A stretch of 64,000 nt of DNA from a bacterium (GTDB lineage: Bacteria; Patescibacteriota; Minisyncoccia; Moranbacterales; UBA2206): NCBI GenBank assembly GCA_029567195.1, contig JAKQLJ010000023.1, positions 4,626 to 68,625 on the forward strand. Reading direction: 5' to 3'. Position 1 is the stretch's first letter. Every line of letters starts with the position of its first letter. Below the pieces are notes generated by a model that was not told where the DNA came from, did not search any database, and saw only the letters and a list, made by a program, of their open reading frames with translations. The position numbers and the translations under genes were made by a program. Of the stretch, positions 25,019 through 33,931 are shown in pieces.

Positions 25019-25678
25019 TTAAGGTAAAATTGTCATCGGATCAAGCCAGTCCTTTAGTTCATTTTCGTTATTGGCATACCCTCTGATATTTATCTCTTTC
25101 CCTTTATGGATTCCAAGATGCAGATGCTTCCTTTCCCTATCGGTTTCAGCGCTTTCATTTCTTCCTAAAAATCCAATTTTTTCTCCGGCTTCCAAATTTT
25201 CGCCGGTTTTTTTGTCGATGCTTTCCATATTCAGATGGCCATAGATAACGGTTATCGGTTCGTTTTCTAAAAAACAAGATTGGATCAAGACTCCCCCATA
25301 GCCGCTGGCTATTCTTTTTTCCAAAATTTTTCCTTCACAGATAGCTTTTATTTCAATATCTTTATTTAATTCTTCCGGAAAAATTTCAAAATCAGCTCCG
25401 GTATGAAAGCCATAAAATCTCTCTGGTTGAACCGGAGAGTTTTGGGGTGTTATAAAAATACCAAAGGGTTTTTTTGTCACTCTTTCTCCTGCCCGGTCAA
25501 TGGGAAAACGAAAACTGCTTTTTTTAGAATCCGGATTATTTGTTGAAATCTGGCTTTCCTTTGAAGGAGGAACGGAAGTGTCAGTGTTTTGGATGTCGCC
25601 GCTTTCTTTTGGAAAAAGAAAAAGAATTGTCGACAGAAAAAATATTAAAAATAAAGAGATAAAAAGTTTTGACTTCAT
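25019..25678 (-). CDS. M23-family metalloendopeptidase
   Basis: FHTGADFE, YGHL, and HLHLGIHKG motifs, plus an N-terminal signal/TM segment. Confidence 0.85.
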   Translation of the reverse strand: MKSKLFISLFLIFFLSTILFLFPKESGDIQNTDTSVPPSKESQISTNNPDSKKSSFRFPIDRAGERVTKKPFGIFITPQNSPVQPERFYGFHTGADFEIFPEELNKDIEIKAICEGKILEKRIASGYGGVLIQSCFLENEPITVIYGHLNMESIDKKTGENLEAGEKIGFLGRNESAETDRERKHLHLGIHKGKEINIRGYANNENELKDWLDPMTILP

Positions 25679-25716
25679 ATCTCTATAATACAACAAAACA
25701 GAAAATAAATTTAGAT

Positions 25717-25755
25717 AAAAAAAACCAGCCAGTCGGGCAAATGCCTGACTGGCTG
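25717..25755 (-). terminator. Intrinsic terminator of the NUDIX gene
   Basis: The minus strand reads cagccagtcaggcatttgcccgactggctgg followed by ttttttttatc. Confidence 0.8.
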
Positions 25756-25763
25756 TTACTCTG

Positions 25764-26417
25764 CTACTTCAGGAGTTCGGGATACTCCATTTTGATGATG
25801 GCCAGTGCACTGAGCGTAAAGCAACAGTAGAGCTTGCCTTCCTTGCGGAGCTCAATCAACTCTTCCCAGGTGAACCACTCGACTCCCTTCATGAGCTGGT
25901 CGTTCTGGTCGGCGGTGAGGCCGGAGGAACGACTCATATCGATCTGGCCGACAACGAAATCGGTCAGATGAGGAGAGAAAGCTGTGTTGTCGCAGAACCG
26001 GCCGAGATTTCGAGCCGAAACGACAACACTTTCCGTCTCTTCCTTGGCTTCCCGAATGGCTGCCTCATGCCCGGATTCCCTCATCTTGGGGAATCCTCGC
26101 GGGATCTCATAGGAGAACCGACCGAGTTCCGAGAGATTGATGTTCGGAAAATTTCTGGCGTAAGCTTCCTGGTCGTTCGTTTGGGGACGCCAGACCTTCT
26201 TCAGTCCGACTCGTCCTTTCTCGTCGACCGGTAGGAAAACTCCCCCGCCCTTTTCTGCTCGGATGGCCTGGTCATAGAGAACCTTGTCTCCCTCAGGTGA
26301 AACCCACATAACGTGAACAACCTTGCAGCCGAGTTTGGGATTCTCGATTACCGAATCGTCTCCAGGCTTCCACCCAGCGTTTGCTTTTTTTGCATCAAAC
26401 ATTTCTAATCTGTTCAT
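25764..26417 (-). CDS. NUDIX hydrolase (ADP-ribose pyrophosphatase-like), clearly G+C-richer than its flanks
   Basis: The Nudix box GFPKMRESGHEAAIREAKEETES fits G-x5-E-x7-REUxEExGU. Confidence 0.85.
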   Translation of the reverse strand: MNRLEMFDAKKANAGWKPGDDSVIENPKLGCKVVHVMWVSPEGDKVLYDQAIRAEKGGGVFLPVDEKGRVGLKKVWRPQTNDQEAYARNFPNINLSELGRFSYEIPRGFPKMRESGHEAAIREAKEETESVVVSARNLGRFCDNTAFSPHLTDFVVGQIDMSRSSGLTADQNDQLMKGVEWFTWEELIELRKEGKLYCCFTLSALAIIKMEYPELLK

Positions 26418-26567
26418 TTAACTCCCTCTCCTTACCGCCTCATTGCGGTAGGTAATGAAGTCAGGGGGTTTTCTTTTCGCGCCTCTTGCGCTAGCTTTCG
26501 GACCATCCAAAAGCAAGATAACCTTCCCATTTAGAAAGTACAGGCGTCCAATATTGCTGGACAGCAT
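26418..26567 (-). promoter_or_regulatory. Structured 5' leader of about 150 nt (riboswitch-like candidate) of the NUDIX gene
   Basis: mRNA-sense elements are the hairpin GUCCAGCAAUAUUGGAC (26546-26562), the core CUAAAUGGGAAGGUUAUC..GAUGGUCCGAAAG (the GGUCCGAAAG core lies within 26495-26505), and the hairpin CCUACCGC-AAUGAG-GCGGUAAGG (26430-26452). The 3' arm of the last hairpin overlaps the SD AAGGAGAGGGAG. Confidence 0.4.
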
Positions 26568-26596
26568 AGTTTAGCATAAATTTAGCTGTCTGTCAA
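26568..26596 (-). promoter_or_regulatory. Sigma70-type promoter of the NUDIX gene
   Basis: Minus strand TTGACA (26591-26596), 17 nt, TAAACT (26568-26573). Confidence 0.55.
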
Positions 26597-26686
26597 ATGG
26601 AAAAGAGATTATTTTTTCAACAAAAAAAAGCTTATAAAAGCCATTTTTTGCTTAATAATTCCTAAAATTTTAAAAATCTTGTTCTA

Positions 26687-27670
26687 TTAGTAACGATAGC
26701 CAGTCTCTCTTTTTATTTTATTGGCTTCCCTTTGATGGTTTTCAGCGGATTTTTTATCGCCTATTGCTTGGTAAATGTTACTTAATGTCTGGTGGGATTT
26801 TAATATGGCATTGGAATAATTTAATTTTTCGGCTCTTTTCAGAGCTTCGTTGGCCAAAACCAAGGCTTTATCAATATTATCCGGCAAAAATCTTCTTACA
26901 CCTCCTTTGCCGGGGATACTGGTGATTGAGGCATAAGAATTGGCAGCTTCAATCATTGCTCTTGCAGCATCATATTCATCTCCACTTTCTTCCAAGTGTT
27001 TTACATATTTTTGATAGTCTTCCGTTTTCTCTTTCGGTTTTAAATCTTTATTATAAGTAAGACCAAAAAGAATTTTTCCTTCTAAAACCTTATCGTTAAG
27101 TTCTCGGGCGGAGCTCAATGCTGATTTATTGTGCTCAATAGCCATCTGGGGATTTTTAGCGGCTGTGCCTTCCCATGTGGACAAATCGTGTATCGCGCGA
27201 GCAAAAACGGTTTTATCCTTAAGCTTTTTTTCATTTTCAGAAATTACGGTAAGCAATCGAAAAAAGCGCCCATGATCTTTTAAATGATATGCAACGCCCA
27301 TCATTTCATTGAGAATGTGTTCCGGAAGATCAGCTTCCGAAAGCCATTTGAAAACTTCCTGGCTATCGATATCTTCCGAACAGATGTTTTTTTCCGGACC
27401 AAATTTTTCGCCAAACAAAAGATCAAAACTATTCCGAAGGGAAATTAGGCCCTTTCCTTTTTCTCTTCTGTCGAGAACAATGCTTCTTATTTTTTGGGGA
27501 TCGGAAAGTATATCTTTTATCTCGTCTAAATTTTTATTTTTTAAGTTTTCTCCCAGGCTACCGATTAATTCAATAGAACTTTGTTCCGGGGCAGGCTTCC
27601 ATTTTTCTGCCGGATTTTGGATATAAAATTCTGGCGATTTTGGCATAATATTATAATAAAGATATTTCAA
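26687..27670 (-). CDS. Hypothetical protein with TPR-like helical repeats at the C-terminus
   Basis: Long intact ORF. The C-terminal part is helical-repeat-like (ALVLANEALKRAEKLNYSNAILKSHQTLSNIYQAIGDKKSAENH). Confidence 0.5.
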   Translation of the reverse strand: MKYLYYNIMPKSPEFYIQNPAEKWKPAPEQSSIELIGSLGENLKNKNLDEIKDILSDPQKIRSIVLDRREKGKGLISLRNSFDLLFGEKFGPEKNICSEDIDSQEVFKWLSEADLPEHILNEMMGVAYHLKDHGRFFRLLTVISENEKKLKDKTVFARAIHDLSTWEGTAAKNPQMAIEHNKSALSSARELNDKVLEGKILFGLTYNKDLKPKEKTEDYQKYVKHLEESGDEYDAARAMIEAANSYASITSIPGKGGVRRFLPDNIDKALVLANEALKRAEKLNYSNAILKSHQTLSNIYQAIGDKKSAENHQREANKIKRETGYRY

Positions 27671-27676
27671 ATAAAT

Positions 27677-28714
27677 TTATGAAATATTTTTAACTATTTT
27701 ATTCCCATAATTGGCTTCATAATATTTTTGATATTCTCCTGATTTAACATTTTTCCACCAGCTTTCATTATTTTTATACCATTCAACCGTCTTTTTGAGT
27801 CCTTCTTCAAAAGAAACTTCCGGCTGCCAGCCCAATTCATTCTTGATTTTGGTGGTGTCCATGGCATATCGCCGGTCATGTCCCGGGCGATCTTTGACAA
27901 ATTCAATCATTTCTTCTCCTTTTCCCGTAAGCGCCAATATTTTATAAGTCAGTTCCTTGTTGGTTTTCTCGCTGTTTCCGCCAATGCAATATGTCTCCCC
28001 TATTTTTCCCTTATGGATAATGACGTCGATGGCCTTGGCGTGATCTTCCACATAAAGCCAGTCGCGAACATTCATTCCATCGCCATAAAGCGGCACTTTT
28101 TTTCCTTCCAGGAGATTGGTTATAAAAAGAGGGATGACTTTTTCCGGGAATTGAAAAGGGCCATAGTTATTGGAACAATTGGAAATTGTCGCGGGAAGAT
28201 TGAAAGTATGGTAATAAGCTCTCACCAGATGGTCGGAGGCGGCTTTAGAAGCGCTGTAAGGGCTTCTGGGGTCATAAGACGTGTTTTCATTAAAGGCAGG
28301 GTCTTTCGGAGAAAGGGAGCCAAAAACCTCGTCGGTAGAAATATGGTGAAAGCGGATATTTCCGTTTTTTAGAGCCGATTTCAAAAGATTATGGGTGCCA
28401 ATAACGTTAGTAGTAATAAAATCGTCCGGATTAAGAATGGACCTATCCACATGAGATTCGGCGGCAAAATGGACAATTAAATCAATTTTTTCTTGGGAAA
28501 TTATATCATCCACCAGTTTTTCATCCCTGATGTCGCCTTTTATAAATTTATAATTGGGATTGTCTTCAACATCTTTTAGGTTTTCCAAATTTCCGGCATA
28601 AGTCAAAAGATCAAAATTACAGATCTTGTAATCCGGATATTTTGATAATATATAGCGGATAAAATTGGATCCGATAAATCCGGCTCCGCCTGTGACTAAA
28701 ATATTTTTACCCAT
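27677..28714 (-). CDS. rfbB: dTDP-glucose 4,6-dehydratase
   Basis: ILVTGGAGFIGSNF Rossmann motif and the YSASKAASDHLVRAY catalytic YxxxK. Confidence 0.93.
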   Translation of the reverse strand: MGKNILVTGGAGFIGSNFIRYILSKYPDYKICNFDLLTYAGNLENLKDVEDNPNYKFIKGDIRDEKLVDDIISQEKIDLIVHFAAESHVDRSILNPDDFITTNVIGTHNLLKSALKNGNIRFHHISTDEVFGSLSPKDPAFNENTSYDPRSPYSASKAASDHLVRAYYHTFNLPATISNCSNNYGPFQFPEKVIPLFITNLLEGKKVPLYGDGMNVRDWLYVEDHAKAIDVIIHKGKIGETYCIGGNSEKTNKELTYKILALTGKGEEMIEFVKDRPGHDRRYAMDTTKIKNELGWQPEVSFEEGLKKTVEWYKNNESWWKNVKSGEYQKYYEANYGNKIVKNIS

Positions 28715-28733
28715 AGCTTATTTATATCAATAT

Positions 28734-29279
28734 TTAAAAAGGAGAATTAAAATCATTGAACTGGGGATGAGTTTTGTCTTTTTCGCTCAGAATAGGCTCT
28801 TTTATCGGCCAGCTAATGTTAAGCGTCAGATCATTCCAAATAATTCCGCCTTCTGACTGGGGAGAATAAAAATTGTCGCATTTATATTGAACCTCGGTGT
28901 TATCCTCAAGAGTCATAAATCCGTGGGCAAAACCTTGGGGAACGTAAAGCATATCAAAATTTTTGGCCGAGAGATGGTGGCCTTCCCATTGTCCGAAAGT
29001 TTTGGAATTTTTCCGAATATCAACTATGACATCGTAAATCGCGCCCTTGGTAACTCGAATCAGTTTGGCTTGGGCAAGTGGCGGTTTTTGAAAATGCAGT
29101 CCTCGGAGCACTCCCTTGGAAGCGGACATTGAATGGTTGTCCTGAACGAACTCCTGGCTGATTCCGTTTTCGGCAAAAATTTTCTTGGAGTAGTTTTCCA
29201 TAAAAAATCCCCGAGAATCGCCAAAAACCTTTGGTTTTACAAGATAAACACCTTCAATTTTTGTTTTAACAAACTCCAT
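28734..29279 (-). CDS. rfbC: dTDP-4-dehydrorhamnose 3,5-epimerase
   Basis: FGDSRGFFMENY, LRGLHFQ, and VPQGFAHGF. Confidence 0.93.
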   Translation of the reverse strand: MEFVKTKIEGVYLVKPKVFGDSRGFFMENYSKKIFAENGISQEFVQDNHSMSASKGVLRGLHFQKPPLAQAKLIRVTKGAIYDVIVDIRKNSKTFGQWEGHHLSAKNFDMLYVPQGFAHGFMTLEDNTEVQYKCDNFYSPQSEGGIIWNDLTLNISWPIKEPILSEKDKTHPQFNDFNSPF

Positions 29280-29396
29280 GATTTTAAAAGATAAATTAAT
29301 TAAGTTAGGCTAATGTAATGATAATATAAATTATAGCCAAAAGCAAAAGCAGTCCTGCCTGAGCAGAACCGCTTTTTTGTTGACGCGGATGGCTTT

Positions 29397-30746
29397 TTAT
29401 TTCAATTTCCAATCTTGTTTTATCTCTACTTCAATTGTTTTTCTTGATCCGTCTTTGCCGATAACCGTTACTTTTCCCGGAATTTGGCTGACGCCGGATT
29501 GCTTCTGAATCATTAAATTATAGTTTTCGGTGTCGATATCAGAAGGCAGAGTATAATTAAATTCAATGGTTTTAGTTTCTCCCAGCGGCACATTAACAAG
29601 AGTCCCAAAATATTTTTTATCGAGTTCTTTTCCGAATCTCACTTCCGAAGTATTCTGGGAATTTACAAGCCAAGAATTAGCCGGCACATAAAGGCGGAAA
29701 TAGGTCAGATAATTTTTTGTCATCCAGTCTTTTTCTTTGGCGGTATGGTTATAGGTAATTTTCAGATTGGCCTCCGGAACGTTTTTGGACAGATCTACCG
29801 TATATTCAAAAGATCTTTTCATATAGTAGTCGCTTTTCAGCGATCCCATATTGGCATCAACCATCATTAAATAATCTTCGTTTCCGTTCTTTTCCATTTC
29901 TCCGTTCCAATTAGCATCATGGGCGTGCCTTTCCATTTCCGAATTTTTAAAATACAATTGAATATCCTTGTTTTTTAGATCTTCCAAAATTATTTTTGCC
30001 AATTCCAATTTTTGAGCATTGCCGAGAGTAGAAACTCTTTTCAAAACTTCCTTGGCCAATCCGTTCATTACGGATTTTCTTTCCCCTCTTTCAATGCCTT
30101 GTTTGGCATAGCCTTGTTCTACCTGGTATTCCAAATTCAAAATAGCATTTTCGCTGCTATAAGTTCCCGGGTAACCTTCAATTTCCACCGGTCCGGTTAC
30201 TTTTAAAAAGGATGTCAGAACATTGGAATTGATGGCAATGATACCATCCAGTTTTTCTTGTCCCTGTCCCATTCGGTAAAATTCTTCCGCCTTTTTGGCG
30301 TTGGTGGGAAAATCAGGAGAAAAATTGGAATCACGAAGTTTCCAAGAATTAATTCTTAATGTTTCCTTCATCGGATATGGCGGAGAAACGGTATCAGGAA
30401 TACGGCCGTCAAAATTAGACAAGTCGTGAGTTTCCATTTTCAGAATTTCTCCGTTTTTGATGGTCAATATTCCGAAAGAGCCGATATATCCCCCGCCCGG
30501 ACGGATTTCCATATTGTTTTGAAAAAGCACTAAAAAAGTTTTTTCTTCGTTGTCTTTTTTCAAAATATAACCGGCCAAATGTCCCAGAGTCTTGTTTTCT
30601 TCGCTGAACGGCAAAAATTCAACCGCATCTTCAACAACTCCGTAGCCTTTATTATAAATCTGCCAAAAAGCATACCAGCAGCCTAAAAAGACGATGGATA
30701 ATGACCAAAATATAATCCAGAATTTTTTGCTTCTTTTTTTGCCCAT
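29397..30746 (-). CDS. DUF4012-domain membrane-anchored protein
   Basis: N-terminal TM helix and the signature NNMEIRPGGGYIGSFG. Confidence 0.8.
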   Translation of the reverse strand: MGKKRSKKFWIIFWSLSIVFLGCWYAFWQIYNKGYGVVEDAVEFLPFSEENKTLGHLAGYILKKDNEEKTFLVLFQNNMEIRPGGGYIGSFGILTIKNGEILKMETHDLSNFDGRIPDTVSPPYPMKETLRINSWKLRDSNFSPDFPTNAKKAEEFYRMGQGQEKLDGIIAINSNVLTSFLKVTGPVEIEGYPGTYSSENAILNLEYQVEQGYAKQGIERGERKSVMNGLAKEVLKRVSTLGNAQKLELAKIILEDLKNKDIQLYFKNSEMERHAHDANWNGEMEKNGNEDYLMMVDANMGSLKSDYYMKRSFEYTVDLSKNVPEANLKITYNHTAKEKDWMTKNYLTYFRLYVPANSWLVNSQNTSEVRFGKELDKKYFGTLVNVPLGETKTIEFNYTLPSDIDTENYNLMIQKQSGVSQIPGKVTVIGKDGSRKTIEVEIKQDWKLK

Positions 30747-30750
30747 AAAA

Positions 30751-31701
30751 TTATAATTTTCCCATTAACAATTTATTTATCCTTTCCTTCACTTCTTCCG
30801 GAGTGGCTTCTCTGAATACGTCTTTTTCTGTTTGAATCTCTGCAACAGGCTCGGAAACCTTTTCTTCTTCTTTGCTATTATACAATTTTTCTTTTACCTG
30901 CCAAAGCGCTGATTCATCGGCGATAGGAAGATTGGAAGGCGCAAAGCTTTTTTTGGATCCAACAATCTTTTCCGTTTCTGTTTGAGCTGGAATTTTAAAA
31001 ACTTCTGCTTTTTTTTCTTCTGCAACCGCTTTCTCTTCTGGTTTGGAAGCTCTGAATCTTTTGGAAAAATCAGGCAATTTTTCCCAGTTAAAAGGTTTGT
31101 AGGCCTTTTTGGGAGAAAATGTTTTAGGGGAAGAAAAAAGTTTGGAAATTTCTTCTACCAAAAATCCTGCCAAAAGACCCAAAAGCAAGCTTTTTAATAT
31201 AGACCAATACAAGTTTTGAGAAAAACTGGGCTTAACTGCTGGTTCACCAACAATTTCTACTGACAATTCATTTTTTATGTTATAAAGTCGGGTTATTTCT
31301 CCGGTTAAATTTCTTCCCGTTTGGGCGACTATAGTTTGTGCTTGTCGCGGATTCTTATCCAAAACGCGGATTTCCACAAGGCCTCCCTCGCCTTTTTGGC
31401 TTGCTACTATCTTATTTTTCCAATAAGCCTCTCTTTTCTTTTCCGGCAAGGCTTCTGCCGCGTCAATAACATCCTCGTTGCTTTTTATAAGTTTGTTGTA
31501 AAAAGAAAGAGTGGTTGGGATTTTGGAAACTTCCCCGGCAATTTGAACAATGTTTTCGCTGATAGCTTCATTTTGGGGAATGAGAGCCAAAGTTAATTTG
31601 GCTTCAAAGGCTTGATTTTTGTTTGTAAACGCCAAAAATAGCGCTAATCCGATAGCGATGGAAGAAAACAAAAAAATATTTAAATCTTGCCTTGTTTTCA
31701 T
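30751..31701 (-). CDS. Wzz-like (chain-length-determinant topology) protein with a long Lys/Glu-rich C-terminal tail
   Basis: An N-terminal and a second TM helix bracket a domain of about 150 aa. It lies adjacent to the DUF4012 gene. Confidence 0.45.
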   Translation of the reverse strand: MKTRQDLNIFLFSSIAIGLALFLAFTNKNQAFEAKLTLALIPQNEAISENIVQIAGEVSKIPTTLSFYNKLIKSNEDVIDAAEALPEKKREAYWKNKIVASQKGEGGLVEIRVLDKNPRQAQTIVAQTGRNLTGEITRLYNIKNELSVEIVGEPAVKPSFSQNLYWSILKSLLLGLLAGFLVEEISKLFSSPKTFSPKKAYKPFNWEKLPDFSKRFRASKPEEKAVAEEKKAEVFKIPAQTETEKIVGSKKSFAPSNLPIADESALWQVKEKLYNSKEEEKVSEPVAEIQTEKDVFREATPEEVKERINKLLMGKL

Positions 31702-31824
31702 GCTGTTTATTTATATAAATCTAACAGACAATACTAGCACTAAATGAAGAAATTGTCAAATGAGGAAAAAATAAAAAACACCGGCCTCGGGCAGTGTTTT
31801 AATCAACAAGGCATTTTCGCTCAT

Positions 31825-32406
31825 TTAAGGGCTGTTCTTAATTTCCTCTATTTGCCATCTTAGGTCATATTGGGCCCTTTTGGCCAATTCATAACTATCC
31901 CGGGAAAAATTTGGCGAATATAGAATTTCTTCCATTCCTCTGGTAAATCGCCCGGCTTTTAGGGGTAAATCTTGGGTTTTATGAAAATAATTGTCAATTG
32001 TCTTTGCTCGTCCGGGATATAATTGAAGGGAGAAATCATTGCTATATTCCCAAAATTCCCTTTGAATTTGAATGGCGTTTTTTTCTAGCAGTTTTATTTG
32101 TTCGAATATCTCCTCCTTTTTTTCCAGAGTCAGGACTGTCTTTTTTTTGAGGAGAGGCAAATCCGTCTCCAGTGACTGGAGGGTGACATCCATTTCTTCA
32201 ATTATTTTTTCAGCCTTATCTTTATGGATAATTTGTTCGCTAATAATTTGCTGACTTATAGTTTCTGCTGTTTTTTGAACGGTTAGTTGTATTATTCGAT
32301 AAGTCAAAAGAAAAAGCATTGCGGTATCAAGGACGAAAAAAGCGATCAAAAATATTTTGGATCCAGTGATAGCTTTAAATTTTTTCTTAATTTGCTTCTT
32401 TTTCAT
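31825..32406 (-). CDS. Hypothetical membrane-anchored coiled-coil protein
   Basis: One N-terminal TM helix. No family was recognised. Confidence 0.45.
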   Translation of the reverse strand: MKKKQIKKKFKAITGSKIFLIAFFVLDTAMLFLLTYRIIQLTVQKTAETISQQIISEQIIHKDKAEKIIEEMDVTLQSLETDLPLLKKKTVLTLEKKEEIFEQIKLLEKNAIQIQREFWEYSNDFSLQLYPGRAKTIDNYFHKTQDLPLKAGRFTRGMEEILYSPNFSRDSYELAKRAQYDLRWQIEEIKNSP

Positions 32407-32451
32407 TTTCAGGGCTTAATTAATGCCTTTTGTCTTTTAATATAGCGGCTA

Positions 32452-32480
32452 TTGACAAAATTGGCAAGATGGTGTAAGAT
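32452..32480 (+). promoter_or_regulatory. Sigma70-type promoter for 32506..33177
   Basis: TTGACA, 17 nt, TAAGAT. Confidence 0.5.
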
Positions 32481-32505
32481 AGACGGTTAAGATAATTAAA
32501 TTCAT

Positions 32506-33177
32506 ATGGACAAATTTATGGCTCAAAACAAGGAAATAACCGCTAAAACCATCATCCGAAACTGGAGATTTATCCTGATTTCAATGGCGCTTTTTGCCTC
32601 TGTGGCCTTTTTTGTGAGCACTATAATTGCTCCAAAATATGAAAGCCAGACTCAAATTTTGATTTTGCAGAAGAATATGGAAATTGATGCCTATAGATCT
32701 GCCAAGGCTTCAGAATTTGCCGGTGAGGTTTTAAAACGAGTTATCAATTCTTCTGAATTTATGAACGGAGTTCTGGCTACTTCCGGAACCAGCATCTATA
32801 AATTCGGAGAAACTCCGGAAGACCAATTGAAAAATTGGGCAAAAACAGTAAAGGTTTCTTCCGTGGTTAACACCGGAATAGTCAAGATTACCGTTTTGGA
32901 TGAAAGCAAAAAAGAAAACAAGAAATTAATGGAAACTGTTTTGGCTGAACTCTTGAATGATAACGGCGCCAAATATCATGGCAATGGCAATATAAATCTC
33001 AAGAAAATTGGTGGACCGGTTTATTTTGAAGACCCGGCTTTCCCAGTTATCTGGCTAAATGTTATAATTGCGGCGGTGATTGGTTTGTTTTTCTCGCTCG
33101 GAGTGATATTCATTAAGGGCGAAAAAATAGGCAGCTGGTTTTCTGATGAAAATATTGAATATAACGATAATTTCTAA
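32506..33177 (+). CDS. Wzz-family polysaccharide chain-length determinant-like protein
   Basis: N-terminal TM helix followed by PKYESQTQILILQ (Wzz N-terminal pattern), and a C-terminal TM helix. Confidence 0.6.
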   Translation: MDKFMAQNKEITAKTIIRNWRFILISMALFASVAFFVSTIIAPKYESQTQILILQKNMEIDAYRSAKASEFAGEVLKRVINSSEFMNGVLATSGTSIYKFGETPEDQLKNWAKTVKVSSVVNTGIVKITVLDESKKENKKLMETVLAELLNDNGAKYHGNGNINLKKIGGPVYFEDPAFPVIWLNVIIAAVIGLFFSLGVIFIKGEKIGSWFSDENIEYNDNF

Positions 33178-33293
33178 ACTTGTTTTTCTTCAGGCTGTAA
33201 AAAATACAATTTTACAGCCCACAAGAAGCGCAAGCTTCGTGAATTTCTGGCAATAATGCCGGAAAAAGATGACGAAAATAAAAGGAGGATTTT

Positions 33294-33644
33294 ATGAGTT
33301 CATTGAAAGTTGTTGTAGCAGTTGTAGTTTTTTTGGCAACGGTTTTTTTCTCTGGTGTCGGAGTGTCGGAAGCTGGCAGGAAGTTTGATCCACAGAACAA
33401 TTTCCGGCATGATGCTTCCACCAAAACCGGAATGGACAGAGACGAGGCCAACAATTCGGTCCGGGGGCCAAACGGTTCTGAAAAGGCGCCCAAGGTTCCA
33501 AGCAAGAAGGCTCCGGTTATCATTAATGATTCACCGGGCGTTCGCAAGATTCAGATTGGAGACGAACCGGGCGTTCGGAAGGTTCCCATCCATGACGATA
33601 ACCAAAACTGTCAGCAGTTCGTTCCGAACAACTGCTGCCAGTAG
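33294..33644 (+). CDS. Orphan secreted protein P1 (116 aa) of the G+C-rich island
   Basis: SD aaaggaggattttATG. Signal peptide ..FFSGVGVSEA. Tandem PGVRK(I/V) motif. C-terminal Cys cluster NCQQFVPNNCCQ. A strong terminator follows. Confidence 0.7.
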   Translation: MSSLKVVVAVVVFLATVFFSGVGVSEAGRKFDPQNNFRHDASTKTGMDRDEANNSVRGPNGSEKAPKVPSKKAPVIINDSPGVRKIQIGDEPGVRKVPIHDDNQNCQQFVPNNCCQ

Positions 33645-33646
33645 CC

Positions 33647-33690
33647 TTTGTAACCTTGGGGTGTAAAAACCCCAAGGTTACAAAATTAAT
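33647..33690 (+). terminator. Hairpin terminator after P1
   Basis: tttgtaaccttgggg-tgtaaaaa-ccccaaggttacaaa, a 15-bp perfect stem. Confidence 0.7.
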
Positions 33691-33724
33691 TTAAAATTCA
33701 ATATCAGTTGTTTTTTATACTATA

Positions 33725-33753
33725 TTGACAACATAATATTTTAGGAGTATAAT
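33725..33753 (+). promoter_or_regulatory. Consensus sigma70-type promoter for P2
   Basis: TTGACA (33725-33730), 17 nt, TATAAT (33748-33753). An AT-rich leader of about 170 nt follows, containing the hairpin ggctggaatgtttccagcc (33873-33891). Confidence 0.65.
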
Positions 33754-33931
33754 GAGTTGTTGGAAATGCGAATATTGCTTTTCTTTAGGAATTTTTATAT
33801 AATTTAAGAATTTCAAAAGAAGCGCAATATATTATATTGGCTTCATGGTTCATTGAGCAAGTTTTATTCAAAGGCTGGAATGTTTCCAGCCGGAGAATTT
33901 AACGAAAAATGGCAAACAGGAGGAAAAAGCC

